Counted from the stretch's first letter, positions 50,771 through 64,000 are shown. The stretch: 64,000 bases of DNA from Lama guanicoe (GCA_013239625.1 MU054001.1:2734151-2798150); one strand, 5' to 3'. The notes: a model not told the origin generated them from the letters alone. Numbers and translations are program-made.

Positions 50771-52899
50771 CGCCTGCTTGCAAATGCGAAGCACTGTCCA
50801 TTAATCAAACAAGACTGATTTGGTCTGACCTTCCTCTGCTCTCACTCACAACAGTTGCATCAAAGGAGCCAGACCAGTACTTTCTGGATGTCTCTGATTC
50901 TGGGCCAGAGAATGCAATGGTTTCCGCCAAACTTCCTGTGCTCACTCACGCCAGCCCTTTACTCACAACTGCATCTTTAGAAGGTGCTGTGTAATTTCTC
51001 AAATTACAGTTTGTTTGCAGTGGACCCCTAAGAGTTATCCAGCTCCTAAGGGTGTTTATTTTTGTGCCTGTAAATGACTGTTATTCTGTCTCTAAGCGAC
51101 AGAGACCAGCTTGCCTCCTCAGTCAACCTGAAAGTTGCGCAATACTGACATCTGGTGCTTGTGTGAGGTTTGAGATTGTATAAGGTCAGAAGGAGGCTTC
51201 TGAGGCTAATCCACACTGCAAATGTAGCAAGACTAAATGTTTGAAAATGTGGGCAGCTGTGTGTGTGTGTACAGCCTCTCTACCTTCTTTAGTTCTGAAC
51301 TTCTGACTTTCCAATAATATGCATGATTGAAGGCTAATTTCAATATGGTATTTTCTTATTGTCAATATTTGCCAGCTGGACATGAGGTTTCATGTGATGG
51401 AAGGTGAGGTTCTATCTGGGTTTGAGAGAAAAATAATTGACAAAAAAATAAATCAGTGTTCACTTAGAATATATTAATACAAAGCATAGAATTTAGTGAA
51501 AAATGAGTCATCCATAAAAATAATTTAATGATAGTGATTTTATGGATGATAAATAATATTTACATAATAATTTATAATTTCTAAAGCATTTTAGCCTACA
51601 GTTCCACGTTCTCTCAATCATTCAGCTATTTATTTATTTAAGAACTATTTATTGGGTGTCTACTGTATGTGAGTGAGTGGTCTAGGCTGCAAGGAATCGC
51701 TTGGTCCTGGAGGGGCAATTATGAGAGAGTATAGTTTGGTTCTTAACCAAATATACTTTGGATTCAGACTTAGCTGCTCTAAGCATCTGAGTCCTTGTGT
51801 GTTAAATGGCCAGTGAAAATAACAGTGCCTATCTTATTCAAATGCGGTGAAGATTTTTTAAAAACAAGTAAATGTAAAACATTTACCACAGTGTTTAGTA
51901 CATCACAAGTTACCAAAGAACCATAAAAATAATTATTTTATTGCTAATCTTCAGTTTAGGAAACAAAAGATTTTTAGCAATGGAAAAGTAAAAAGAAAAA
52001 AATGATGGGGAAATAAAAAATAGGTGCACAGTTCATGAGTTTACCAGTCTGGAAAGATATGTGTTGATGGAAATGAGTAGGTTGAAAAGGTTAGAAAAAA
52101 GGGCTGGCCCTATTGTCAAAGAATTTTAGTGTCTAAGAGTTTTGACTTCATTCTGGGGGGTGATATGAAGGAAATTCGGTCCTCAGAGTAATGCTTTTGG
52201 AATATAGGTTATGAGGTTGAATGATGGAAAGGGTCAGAGATGGAAAGCAGAACTATCAGTTATGAAGATTTTCCAAGGGACCTGGTCTGAATTCGTTGGA
52301 CCTTGAAGCACACCAGAGATAATGGTAGGATTGTAGAGGAGGAGGTTGATGAGCGATATTGTAAGGGATGAATCTGGCTAAGATGTTATCTGCTCATTGT
52401 TTATTGGACTTTTTGTAGGATAGCTGCATTGTCACCTGTTGTAATCTCATTCCTCGGAAATGCAGAAGAGAACAGTCTGTTTCTTTTACTGATTTGCTGT
52501 TTGTATTTTGTGGAGATCAAATTCTACAACAGAAAATTCAGTGTACCCCAGAAAATATATATGCAGTGAGCACTTAATCATAAGTTTCCCTGGCAGAGAA
52601 CTACCTGTGGCCATCAGAACATTCAGACATTTTTCTTTCTGAGAAACGGAATCAAGAGGGACATCGCAAATACGATACATCTGGTCTTGTGTCTGAATAC
52701 TCTGGGTTAAGACCTCCCAAGGGAGTCTCTTAAAGATGCTTCTCTAAAAGAGAATTGGGTCTTTAATGAAGTGAAAGTAAAAAGAATGCTAATTAAGAGA
52801 TGGACACTGTTAACTCACTTAGTAAATATATGTAAAGTTTTGTGACTGATAGTGAATACACATTCTTTTCTTATGACTTAAATAGTTGTCAGTATTGAT

Positions 52900-54900
52900 C
52901 ATATGGCCATAAAGAAAACAAATTCTAAAATACAGGAGAATAGAGAAACTCAAACCTAAGTTTACAAATAATTTAGAAAAGTATGTAGTTTATTGTTATT
53001 AAACAAGAAAGATTTTAAAAACTGAAATGAATTAAAAAGTAACTTAAGAAACTCAAGATAATATCAAAACAATCCAAATAAATGCATGAGATAATTAATA
53101 ATGATGAAAACTGAATATAATGGATTAGACAACAATATGCAATTAATAAAAAGCCTCTTCATTAGTGTCAAAGTGACTTTCTCTTCCCTGAAAGTCTAGT
53201 GGAGAGGTGACTAGAAGAGAGAGAAGTGAAACCTTTGTTTTACCTAAAACAAAAATGTAGCTAAATACATTAAGAATTTAGAAGAACTAGAAGGAATATT
53301 TTGTGTAACCTTATGCCAATAAATTTCAATACCTAGATCAAATGGACAGCTTCTCAAGAATACAAATTATTAAAAGTGGCTCGATGAAGATAAATATTCA
53401 TACTGTTTCAATAATCACAAAAGAAATATAAACATTTGCCTAAGATCTACCATTTAAAAAAATATCAGAGTGATATTTTTTGTGAACAATTCCTATGATA
53501 ACCTTTGTGAAATGGACCAATTCCTTGAAAGACACACTACTAAAACTTATATAGGGAGAAATAGATAAACTAAATAGGGCTATACCTACTAAAGAAATTG
53601 AATTACTAACCTTCCAAAAAAAGAGAGCACCAGGTCCAGATGGATTCACTGGTGAATTCAAACAAATATTTAAGGAAGAAATGATACCAAATATTTTCCA
53701 AAAAATAGAAACAGAGTGAATACTTCCTAACTCATTTTATGAAGCCAACATTACCCTATTACCAAAACCAGACAAAAGCATTACAAGAAAAGAAAACTAC
53801 AGACCAGTATCTTTTATGAACATACATACAGAAATCTTTAACAAAATATTAGCAAAATAAATCCAACATTGTATAAAAGAACTATACACATCACCAAGTG
53901 GGGTTTATTTCAGCTATTCAAGATTGGTTCAACATTGAAAAATCATTAAATATAATCCATCACATCAACAAGCTAAAGAATAAAACTATATGATCATGGT
54001 AATAATTGATGCAGAAGAACTTGACAGATCTAACACTCACTTGTGATTAAAAAACAAAATGAAACAAAACAACTCTCAGCAAACTAGGAATAGAGGAAAA
54101 CATTCTCAACTTGAGAAAGAATATCTACAAAAAACATACAGCCAACATATTTAATTGTAAGAAACTAGATGCTTCCTGTTAAAATCAAGAAAAAGGCAAC
54201 GATTTCCACTCTTACCACTCCTACTTAGTATAGTACTAGCAATCCTAGATAATGCAATAAGACAAGAAGAGGAAATAAAAATGTATACAGATTGAGAAGG
54301 AAGAAGTAAAATGCATTGCATGATGTTAATGACAGCGGAAACTCTTTGTGGGTGGGTTGCGAGTGAGGGGGCCTGTGGGCTTTCTGCTCAATTTTTCTAG
54401 AAACCTAAAACTACTCCAACAAATTCGGTTAATTTCTTAAAGTCATAAGATAAAAAGTAAATAAAAATAAAGGAAACCAGGGGTCAATGATTTTATAGGG
54501 CACTCTTTAAAAACTTTTAGGGTCAGCTAACATTTAAATTTATCCACGGAATGCTAGAATATGAAAAAAATAGCAAATCTTCCAAATTCCTCTGAAAAAT
54601 TACCAAAATCAGATAAAAACTGTACTGAAAAACTATAGTTCAATCTTAGTTATAAATGAAGATGTAAACACCTAACACATTAGTAAAGAAAATACAGTCA
54701 TGCGTTAAAAGAAAAAAAATACAGTGTTATAGATTTTATTCTAAAAGTTCCACAAAGGATCAATATTTACAGATCATATTGAGGAGAATTCCATGTCAAA
54801 TCTGTTTAGGTGACTCTTGGAAAGTCACCATGCACAGTGACACATCAAAAATTCTGAAATCCTATAGTAAAGAAAACTGATTTTGGTTTAAAACAGTTTT
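52900..54900 (+). mobile_element. Composite L1: old L1ME-like ORF2 remnant interrupted by a better-preserved L1 (about 53495-54460)
   Basis: The insert reads EMDQFLE...PGPDGFTGEF...[14 protein letters not shown]...KENYRPVS and ends in an L1MB/MC-like 3' end. More decayed ORF2 lies on both flanks. Confidence 0.85.
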
Positions 54901-55031
54901 TCAAAAATATTTGGTAAGAGGACACTCTGTTACTCTTACGTATCACCCAGTAGCATCCCATAGTAATGGTGTTCCACAGAACACACCACTCGATGCAGAG
55001 ATACCTCTCTCCTTCATCTTGCCTAAAGAAA

Positions 55032-55555
55032 TGTGGTAGACAGACCAATGGTCCCAAGATGCCCATGTCCTAGTTCCTGTACCTTGTAAATATGTTACCT
55101 TCCACAGTGAAGGGGAATTAAGACTGCAGATAGAATTAAGATGGCTAACCAGCTGACTTTCAGATAAGGCAATTATCCTGGATTGTCTGGAAGTGTGAGA
55201 TATAATAATGAGGTTCCTTAAAAATGGAAGAGGAAGAAGAGAATCAGAGAAAGAGGTGTGAAGATGGAAGCAGGTCAAAGTGCTGTGATGTGAGGAGCTG
55301 ATCTGCACTTGCTAGCTTTGTAGATGGGGGAAAAGGCTGTGAGCCAACAAATGTGGGCAGACCCTAGAAGATGAAAAATACTAGGAAATGGATGTTCCCC
55401 TAGTGCCTCCAGAAAGAAATGCAGCCCTGCTAACACCTTGGTTTTAGGCCAGTGAGGTCTATGGTGGATTTCAGAATTGTAAAATAAGAAATTTGTGTTG
55501 CTTTAACCACTGAATTTATAGTAATTTATTATAGCAGAAATAGAAAACTAATACA
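55032..55555 (+). mobile_element. MaLR solo LTR (MLT1D-like)
   Basis: tgtggtagacag...aatatgttacct...cctccagaaagaaatgcagccctgctaacaccttg...atagaaaactaataca; flanks share gaaa. Confidence 0.9.
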
Positions 55556-56926
55556 GAAACTGTCTGTTTTAACACCTCTTTCAAGACTGCATTATTTATT
55601 TCGAGTCTTTTATTTTATAATTAATCTTATGAAATAACCACTCTGAAGGGAAAGTGGGTTGGAATTAGTGTAGAGTCACAATTTTAGAATATTTTTAGAG
55701 TATAATTATAATGTTTTTTTCTATGGCTGTGATATAGTGGAAAGAAAATAGTATTTGTAGTTTTAATGTTTGTGTGATTTGGGGAAAACTCTTTTCAAGC
55801 TCTCTTTGCACTTTCATAATTATATCATGGAATTATTGTGAAAATTTAATAGACATCAATATTGGAAAGAACTTTAAAGCAGGGCTGTAGAGTAATCTGG
55901 TGGAGTTTGAAACCTGGCTATGGTCCTTGCTGGCTGTGTTATCTTGAATTTCCCTCCTGCTTACCTTGCCTGCCTTCCCTACTCTATTCTTTCTTCCCTT
56001 TCCTTTTCATACAAACTTTGCACAGGTGATACACTCATATGTGTCAAACTCCAATAAATACATTATAAAATTTCCAACAGTGACATGCCTTTCTCTTAAC
56101 TTTGTTGTACAACTGCCCAGTTTCCTCTGCCACACTCTCCATGTAACCATTTATAACTACTGTTCTTAGTTTCCTATGTGTTTTCCAGACCTACATTATG
56201 AAATTCAAGGCAAAAATATGATTTGTATTTTCCCATTTTACATAAAAGTTAGAATTTTGTATACATTATACTACACTTTTCCTTTTCACTTAAAGATTTT
56301 TATCCTGAATACCTTTCCCCATCTGTACCAGGAGACTCCTTTATTTTTCCCAGCTATATAGTATTCCGACACAAATGAACTATAATTAATTTACTTGCTT
56401 ATGAACGCAAGACTGTTTTCAGTCTTTTCTATTAAAAACAGTATACTGAGACTAATGTAAATAATATATATGATAATTTTAAATATTTGCAAATATATTG
56501 GTGGGGGAAAATATCCCAGAAGTGGCATTGTTGAGCCAAAGGGTTTAAATATTTGTAATTGATAGATATGAGCAAGTTTCTGACCTTCTCTTAGCTGCAG
56601 TTTCCTCAGCTATAATGTAGGGATAATGATAAACATGCCTCATGGAATGGTTTGTGAAGATTAAATGATGTACTATGTGTAAAGCACCTGGCATTAAATA
56701 AATTTTACCATCAATTATTATACTGTTAGATGATAAATGTTATAAATTGCAGTGCACTCATGGTACTTTAAATATTGACTATTAATATTATGATATACTA
56801 TAAATACTAACTTAGGGGTAGTACATACAATGAGACTTTAAGAATTTGCCTAATGAACAGGTTGGAGTTCTTTGCAGGTAGCATATTAACATATGTATTC
56901 ATTTTGCTAATAACTTGCTTAAACTG

Positions 56927-57060
56927 TTTTTTTTTTGAGGGGGGAAAGTAATTAAGTTTATTTATTTTATTTTATTTTTTAGAGGAGGTACTGGGGATTG
57001 AAATCAGGACCTCATGCATGCTAAGCATGCACTCTACCACTTGAGCTATACCCTTCCCCC
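56927..57060 (-). mobile_element. tRNA-derived SINE, camelid (Vic-1-like)
   Basis: The minus strand reads ggggaagggtatagctcaagtggtagagtgcatgcttagcatgcatgaggtcctgatttcaatccccagtacctcc (A box, degenerate B box), followed by an A-rich tail. Confidence 0.85.
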
Positions 57061-57999
57061 TAAAATTTTTTTTTTAATTCTAAAATATGTTAAACACTTT
57101 CCTACTTATCCAAATTATGACAAATTGAGGAATAATGGACTACTCTAAGGGCAAGTCACTCTTAGTCTATTAACATAGCTAAAGTTGCATTTTGGCTGAA
57201 ACAGTCCAGATTTAAAGTTGTCCAAAGGTGCACTGAGAAAGGATGTACTCCAATGTGTTTTTGGATGGTTCTCATAGTCATTAGAGTGGTTAGCAGATGT
57301 GTACCTAACCCTAAATAAGATGAGTGTTTCAACTGGGGAAAAAATTCCCAACTCAAAGAATTTAATTTTCCTGTTACTAAGCTTTCTATAAAATAATTTG
57401 AAAATTGCCAAAACATATATGAACTGCATACTTTTACATTTCTACATATTATATAAAAAGTATATTGTATATCCATCATTATTATATTTGCTCAAAGATT
57501 ATTACTTGTCCTTATTCTATTCATTTGCAGAATAATTTTAGAGGCCACAAGATGGATAAAAATCACACGCAAAAATAATAAATATTCTGCTGTAGTTTTC
57601 ATCTTATAAAACTTTCAACTTAGAGGTTTTATTTGAATATCACAAAAAAGAAGTTATGTGGCATTTTAAAATAATGTACTAGACCGAGGTTTGGGAGGTG
57701 TCTTTGATATTCAGCTTTCGTTACTACTGTATTGGTAGGATATGATGGCATCTCATGGAACCCAAGGGTGAGAATTACAGTTGATTTCATGAGACTCTAC
57801 AAATGAAATTTATTCAGTAGTAGCTCCTTTTCTACAGGTTTGATGATCCCTTTTCTCTCTTTTCTGCTCTGGTCAGCTTTCTTTCAATATAATGGGTTTT
57901 AGCTAGATTATTTTGAAACAATTGCTACTCTGAAACGGTATCTTCTTAACTACCTGCAGCTTCTTCTAGAGTTTCAAGAAGAAACTCTCTAAAACCTTA

Positions 58000-58474
58000 T
58001 GTCAACTGAAAAAAAATGTACAACGTGAGAGTTGTGAGTTAAGTTTTACTTGGGGCAAATGGAGGACTATAGCCTGGGAGACAGTGTATCAGATAGCTCT
58101 GGGGAACTGTTACAAAGAGGTCAGTATTATGTATAATTTTAGTGAATGGGGGTATGTGCAGCCAAGCACACATTTTGGCAGAGCCTTGCTGCTAGTCACG
58201 TGAACGTTGCTGCTAGTCACAAGGAGCAGATGTCTCTGACAATGATTTTAGTTTTTTTCTGGATATGAGGAGATGCAAGAATTTGGGCACATAACATCTT
58301 CTCCTGAAAATACCTAACTATCTAGAGGCCTGTTCTATCAGTTTTCCTAGAGCTCAGAGGGTCTCATTCCCAATCCACCCTGTACTCCTTTCAGGGTGTG
58401 TTGAAGGTCAGCAATTGCAGTAACTATTGACTTAGTCCTTGTAGAGGCAGATGGCAAGTGCCAATTTTTAGTTA
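58000..58474 (-). mobile_element. ERV1-type solo LTR (MER41-related)
   Basis: tgtcaactgaaaaaa...gaggactatagcctgggagacag...cagatagctctg...gcagatggcaagtgccaa; 4-bp TSD ctta at 57996-57999 and 58475-58478. Confidence 0.8.
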
Positions 58475-59069
58475 CTTACAATGGAAAGAATATTAGGCTA
58501 GACAGTAGTCAGAAATCCAGGACTCCAGGATTATCTCCACCATGGTCTTGCTATGTGAGTAAGAAAACATCATGTAATTACTTTGACCCTCAGCCTTATT
58601 TGTCCTGCCACATTACAAGGATACTTGTTTCCCAAATCTATCTCAGATATGCCTCTTGTCTCCATCTCAGTAACTGGAACCTTAGACTTGTTTTGCACAT
58701 TGCAGTTGTAGTCTAGTTTCTCTCTGAAGAGTTTGCTGCTGGAATGATGTGGCTAATAGAGAGAATGAAGATTCAAAGATGTTTGCATTTTTTATCTGGA
58801 TAATAAGCATTATTATGACACCTTGAATAAAAATTTGTAGTGCAGAAAGAAGACAGTGGGTAGTGAGATAGAGTCACTTTTTTTACATATTAAAGTCATA
58901 ATTGTTATGTAAAACCTAAACTGACTTGTCTAAGAATCAACAAGGAGGTCTCCCCCTGCTGATATAGATTGGAAATCATCACAGTGTAGGTGGTGGTAAA
59001 TTCATGGGAGTGAATGGAAAACCCAGGGAGAATATTTACTGAGAGAAGAAATCCAAGCAAATAATTTGA

Positions 59070-59500
59070 TGGATGTCTTGTACAATCTTCTTTCCCCAAA
59101 CAGAGTTTAGGACAGTGGTTTCCATGCGGTTGATTTATTTTGGGAAATGTTCTCAGGGAGCAAGGCACTGTTAAGAGTAGGAGAGAAGGAGGAAAAGCCA
59201 GTTACAAGTGGTTATCAAGCTGTTCACCACTGTGAGCAACTGGGACTGGGTTGTTCAGAAGAATGCACCTTAGAAGGCAGGGCTTTCTCTCTATCATCTT
59301 TGTTATAACTTGCCTCTAAGTCTTAATTAATGGCTCTCTTCACATATTATCCTTGAAGGTCTGTCTGAGGGTTCTCTGGCCATCTCAATTCCAGCCCAGG
59401 GGTGACTGTAGCAATTTCAGGGACCATAGGCACCCTGGCGAGAGACTGTTAGATCTCATTTCCTGCTCAACACCTCAGCCAAAGTGCTCCAAATCTCCAA
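59070..59500 (-). mobile_element. Old ERVL LTR (LTR16-like) fragment
   Basis: tgatttattttgggaaatgttctcaggga...aaagcca...tcaccactgtgagcaactggg. Confidence 0.5.
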
Positions 59501-59556
59501 GTGCTAATAATATTACTGCATTGTTCTCTGGAAAGCTCCAGAAGGGGTACCTGAGT

Positions 59557-59682
59557 TGGGTTGCCAGATTTAGCAACTTAAAATACAGGCAATATTTGGG
59601 ACATACTTATACTAAAGAATTATTAGTTGTTTTTCTGAAATTCAAATTTAACTGGGCATCCTGTATTTATCTGGTAGTTTTA
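59557..59682. mobile_element. MER53-like palindromic MITE, internally deleted
   Basis: gggttgccagatttagcaa...aaatacagg joined to caatatttgggacatacttatactaaa...ctgaaattcaaatttaactgggcatcctgtatttatctgg; flanks acctgagt/acctaagc. Confidence 0.85.
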
Positions 59683-59810
59683 CACCTAAGCAGTAGCTGC
59701 CTTCCAAGATAAGCCCATAGCCTTGTTACCCCATCTCATCACCGATGGGAAACAGAGGCACTGTGTTTTTGGTTGCAGGAGCAGTGCAACCAAGCAATGA
59801 ATGTTCTATC

Positions 59811-60174
59811 TGTTATATAGACGGAATATTTGTCCCCCCCCCACCAAATTCACATGTTGAAACCTAATTTCCAACATGATGGTATTTGGAAGTGGGGTCT
59901 TTGGGAGTTTTTAGTAATGAGGATAGAGTTCTTATGAATGGGATTAGCACCCTCAGGAATGGGATTAGACCCAGAGAGATCCCTCACTCTTTTGGCCATG
60001 TGAGGACACAACAAAAAGAGGGTCATTCATGAACCAGCAAGCCTGCCTCACCAGACACTGAATCTGCCAGATCCTAGACTTTGCAAAAATCTCCAGAAGT
60101 TTGAAAAATAAATTTCTGTTGTTTGTAAGCTACCCAATCTATAGTATTTTCTTATGTAAGCCTGAACAAAGACA
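59811..60174 (+). mobile_element. MaLR solo LTR (MLT1A-like)
   Basis: aaattcacatgttgaaacctaa...ccatgtgaggacaca...cctcaccagacactgaatctgcc...aataaatttctgttgttt; TG...CA ends. Confidence 0.9.
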
Positions 60175-60439
60175 TCTGTGTCTTTGAATGTGAGAAACAT
60201 GGCATGGCTTTGTATTCTCTTGGGTGAATGTGATTCTCTGCATGCAGCACAAACGAGACAAATCTGTGACATCAAGAAATAGTGAGGACTGGGTAGTCTG
60301 GTACGGCTTCTCCCTTAGCTTTTTGCTTAGGTTAATGATGTAAGTTCCACTGTACATGTCCTCCCCTTCATCAGTCTCATATTCATAATGTAGTGAAGTC
60401 ACATCTTACCAAAGATTAGGTTCAAAAAATAGTGCAGCT

Positions 60440-60835
60440 TCACACTTAGTAGGATATCTACTATTTTAAAAAAAGCAGAAAATAACAAATGTTATGAGGA
60501 TGTGGGCATACTGGAAACCTTGCACACTGCTGATGGGAATGTAAAATGGCATAGCTGCTGTGGAAAAGAATCACAGTTCCTCAAAAAATTTAACAGAATT
60601 ACCATAAGATCTAACAATTCCGTTTCTGAGTGTATGCTTCAAAAAATTGAAAGCAGGGACTCGGATATTTGTGCAACATTGTTTATATCAGAATTATTCA
60701 CAATAGTGAAAAAGGTGGAAACAACCCAAATGTTTTCATCGACTGATAGATAAACAAAATGTGATATATACATACAATGGGATATTATTCAGCTTGTAAA
60801 AAGGAATGGAATTCTGACAAATGCTACAACCAACA
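60440..60835 (+). mobile_element. L1 (L1MB/MC-like) ORF2 C-terminal fragment
   Basis: cactgctgatgggaatgtaaaatgg...tattcacaatag...ggaaacaacccaaatgt...tacatacaatgggatattattcagc. Confidence 0.9.
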
Positions 60836-61094
60836 TGAAGGATGGAAGGAGAGGCTTCTATTTCTGAGAATTTTCAAATTTCCATGAAACCTGACTGCAC
60901 TTATAGCCCTTATGTTCCAAATGGTTCCCTTACATATACTCCATTACTCTTTTATTTGAGGTAGCTTGATAGGATTTCTGTTTTTTCCAACCTTGGTTAG
61001 AGCCCAAGTCTACATTATTGAAACTCCAGTTGCAATCATAAATGGCTCAGGTACATTATGAGGAGAAAGAAAGCTTTGTCTGATGGGAATGGCC

Positions 61095-61310
61095 AAGATC
61101 TAGGGATCAGGGGATGGTGTTTTAGTTTCAGTACTACCAGTAACTTGTGTGACCTTGAGCAAAGTCTTTACCCTTCCTGAACCGCAGTTTCCTGATCTAT
61201 AGAATAAGGATAACATTGCTTGCCATGTCCATTTCACAGGAGGAGGATATATAAAAGTAATTTATGTTCAAAGCATTTTAAAAGGTCACAAAGCAATATA
61301 CAAATGCAAA
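61095..61310 (+). mobile_element. MIR SINE
   Basis: tgtgtgaccttgagcaaagtc...cttcctgaaccgcagtttcctgatctatagaat. Confidence 0.8.
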
Positions 61311-62315
61311 TAAAGATAATTACATTTGGCCAAAGAAAAGTATATTAATCTTATAACTTTTTATGCTAGTAATATTAGCTGATCTAGAGCTCATCTGGCA
61401 CTTGAATTTGAGTAAAAGTTCTCAGAAATACTCTGACTGGGATGGAACCAAGAGACCATATGTAGTTTTCTAAATTTTTATCACCTTGTGCCTTACCTCT
61501 CCAACTAGATTTTAAGTTTATGGAGGGCAGGAATTCTATATGTACTATGCGTATTTGTCTCTTCCTTAGGACCAAGTACACATAAATAAATACGTGTTGA
61601 ATGAGTATCTGACTAAAAGGAAAGATGGATTGATGTTGTTCTAGGAGACTTCACCTTCTACGGAAATCCAGGATGAGTTTTCAGTTCTCTATAGCTACTT
61701 CTATTCTAAGAAAATAATAGGAAAAATAGGAAAAAATTTAGCTTGTGAGTGGGCATTTTATTATATGCAGTGCATACACATTTCATAGGTACTTTTGCAC
61801 TGGAGCAATGCACAGGAAATCGGTCTTGTTTATCCCTCCAGCTGAGTGAGAAGCTATTTTAAAGTTGAGGCTCATATATTCACTAGTGTGATTATAGGTA
61901 GAATACCTGGTACAATCCTGTTCGTTAGAAAAAAATTTCCCAGCTTCTTGGACAGGAATTATTCACTATGTCAAGATTTCAGTATTTTGAAATTTATCAG
62001 CTTAGTGTTCTATTAGTCAAACAAAACAGAAATCTAATTAAAAAATATCTTAAACCCCTTGTATGCCCCTTGATGATGGGTAACCTGTGCAGGCATGAAC
62101 TTCCTGTCAATGGAGATATTTGAGCTGTGGCTGAATGACCATCTATTGGGGTAGTTTCAAGGACAGAAAAGGGCATAAAATGGTCTTGTTTCCTACTGAT
62201 GGTCCTTTTCAACTTGGATGCTGGAATCAGATTGCATAAACTGGAGACTTACTATATTTCTCTATAGTACCTGTTGAGAATAATGCTCAAATTTCAAGGA
62301 GTTTATATTATAGAG

Positions 62316-62536
62316 CAGGGGTCAGCAAACTATGGCCATGGACCAAATCTGGCCTATCACCTCATTTTGCAAATAAAGTTTTATTAGAATACAGTCATTC
62401 CCATTTGTTTATTTGTTTCTATGGCTACGTTTGTACTACAACAGCATTGTTGATTAGTTGTGACAGAGACCATTTGGCCTACAGGCTCTAAAATATTTAC
62501 TATTTTATTCTTTACAGAAAAAATGTGCCAGTCTTC
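62316..62536. mobile_element. MER58A (hAT-Charlie)
   Basis: caggggtcagcaaactatggcc...ccaaatctggcc...aaataaagttttatt...aaaatatttactat...ctttacagaaaaa. Confidence 0.9.
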
Positions 62537-64000
62537 ATAAGCAGTAGACTGCAAAGTTCGTTCATGCTTCCCAGAGAGTGGATCCTTACCTATTGGGATA
62601 TAAGGTACGTTAGAACTTTGGTATATATTTTTTATCTTATTTTGAACTTTTGATCATTTCTAAGTCTTAGGTTCCTCATCTCTAGAATGAGGATGTTAAG
62701 AAAACCCACTTCTTTGGATTGTGAGGATTAATGTGATGATGAGTGTGAAATAGTTCACACAGCTTAAACCTAAACTCCTAACCACTACCGTGTATCACAC
62801 TGGGAAAAAATAGAGGAGAGTGAACTAGATGAGGGCTGGGAAGTACAGGATGGTTTGTTGTAAGAGGTATGACTGGAGTTGTATTTTTGAAATGAGAATG
62901 AAGACTGGTATAGTCATGGGGACAGCGTTATCTCCCTCAGTTGCAGGAAGGCTGGCTAAGCTAACCTCTCATCTTCCTAGCAAGAGTCCTACTCCCTTCC
63001 CCCGACACCTCTGCCATGTTTTCAAAGTCCAGAGAGAATTTTTGCCTCTATTCGCTTGATCCAGAGAAGTAAGTGCCTCTGTAATTTCAATCGGTACCTT
63101 CTATCACTAAGATAAACTAGTAATGATTTGCCAATAAGATGCAATTACAGTGCCTGCTGAGGTCAATATTCAATCAGTGGTTCCATTTTGTGTGCTGCTT
63201 TGATCCGTTGGTCAAAAATTTCCTTTCTTTAGATGCTTTGTAAACTGTGATTGATCGAGAGGTTCAGCAGTTTAAGATTGGGATGTGATTTCATTTTAAA
63301 TCCAGTTTTTGAGAAAGCACTTCAAACTGGTCAGATGTGACAGTCTCCTTTGGCAAGCCCTAGCCCACCCTGAAACCACATGTGGCACTTCTTTGCATTA
63401 CTCCTGACCATCTCCTTCCCTCTTCCAAATAACAGGTAGACTCTGAATGATCATAAATAGATTATTCTGAAGGTTTTGTAGGGAGATCAGGAAGTCACCT
63501 TGGTCACTCTGTAGCAAAAACTTAATGCATATTTTCCATTAAATATTTTCTCAGTTCTTTCCTAATGTCTCCCCATCTGCTTGATTCCCTTTATATCTCC
63601 TTTTTCTTTCCCCACATAGCCTCTTAGGCTTTCCTCTATTAACTAGAACAACTTAGGTCTTCCCCTCACTTTGGAAATAATGGAACCCCTGGAGATAACC
63701 AACAAGGCCACTGATTGGTCCTCAAACATGCCCCATGAGAGTACCAGCCCCCATCACCACACTAGAAGATTTTTGGCTGATTCATAGGAATAAAGCAGGA
63801 CTTGGCTGAGAATAAATCAAAATGAAATTGAGAAATTTCGTCCCAGAGGCCCAAGATGGTGATATTTGATTGGATCTTGGTGTTCACCTTGGTCATAATC
63901 AAAGTAGACCAGCTAAAGGTTGAGGGGCTCCTCTCTCCCTTTCTCACTCTCTCTAACTGAACTTATCTGCAAGTCTGATTTAAGCTTAGTTCAAAGGCAG

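Noticed and set aside
56985..57060. Possible tRNA gene
   Set aside because: Degenerate B box, imperfect acceptor stem and a SINE tail with poly-A show it is a SINE head.
1..64000. CRISPR arrays, operons, rRNA, CpG-island promoter or processed pseudogene
   Set aside because: No regularly spaced repeat-spacer structure, no gene-dense coding DNA, no true CpG island, and no recognisable mRNA-derived segment were seen.

Overview
This is AT-rich, CpG-depleted mammalian non-coding DNA, either a very large intron or a gene desert. A tRNA-derived SINE at 56927-57060 and the L1 3' ends resemble camelid (alpaca/camel) families, judged by recognition only. A large part of the window is decayed interspersed repeats: L1, L2, CR1/L3, MIR, MaLR/ERV solo LTRs, hAT MITEs and microsatellites. 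None of the supplied ORFs is a credible standalone gene; the ones with recognisable protein similarity are retroelement ORF2 remnants. The best host-gene signal is a 66-nt + strand candidate coding exon at 8494-8559 (...CFCAYGILTARFKMALRFLRR), with a phase-compatible upstream donor at 8286. Other notable items are an ~80-bp duplication bracketing an L1, a local templated copy of a decayed MIR, a twin-primed L1, and CpG-retaining repeat-free blocks, one with a perfect DR1 site. I find no support for a novel multi-gene system. Repeat subfamily names come from memory of consensus sequences, and most boundaries are approximate.
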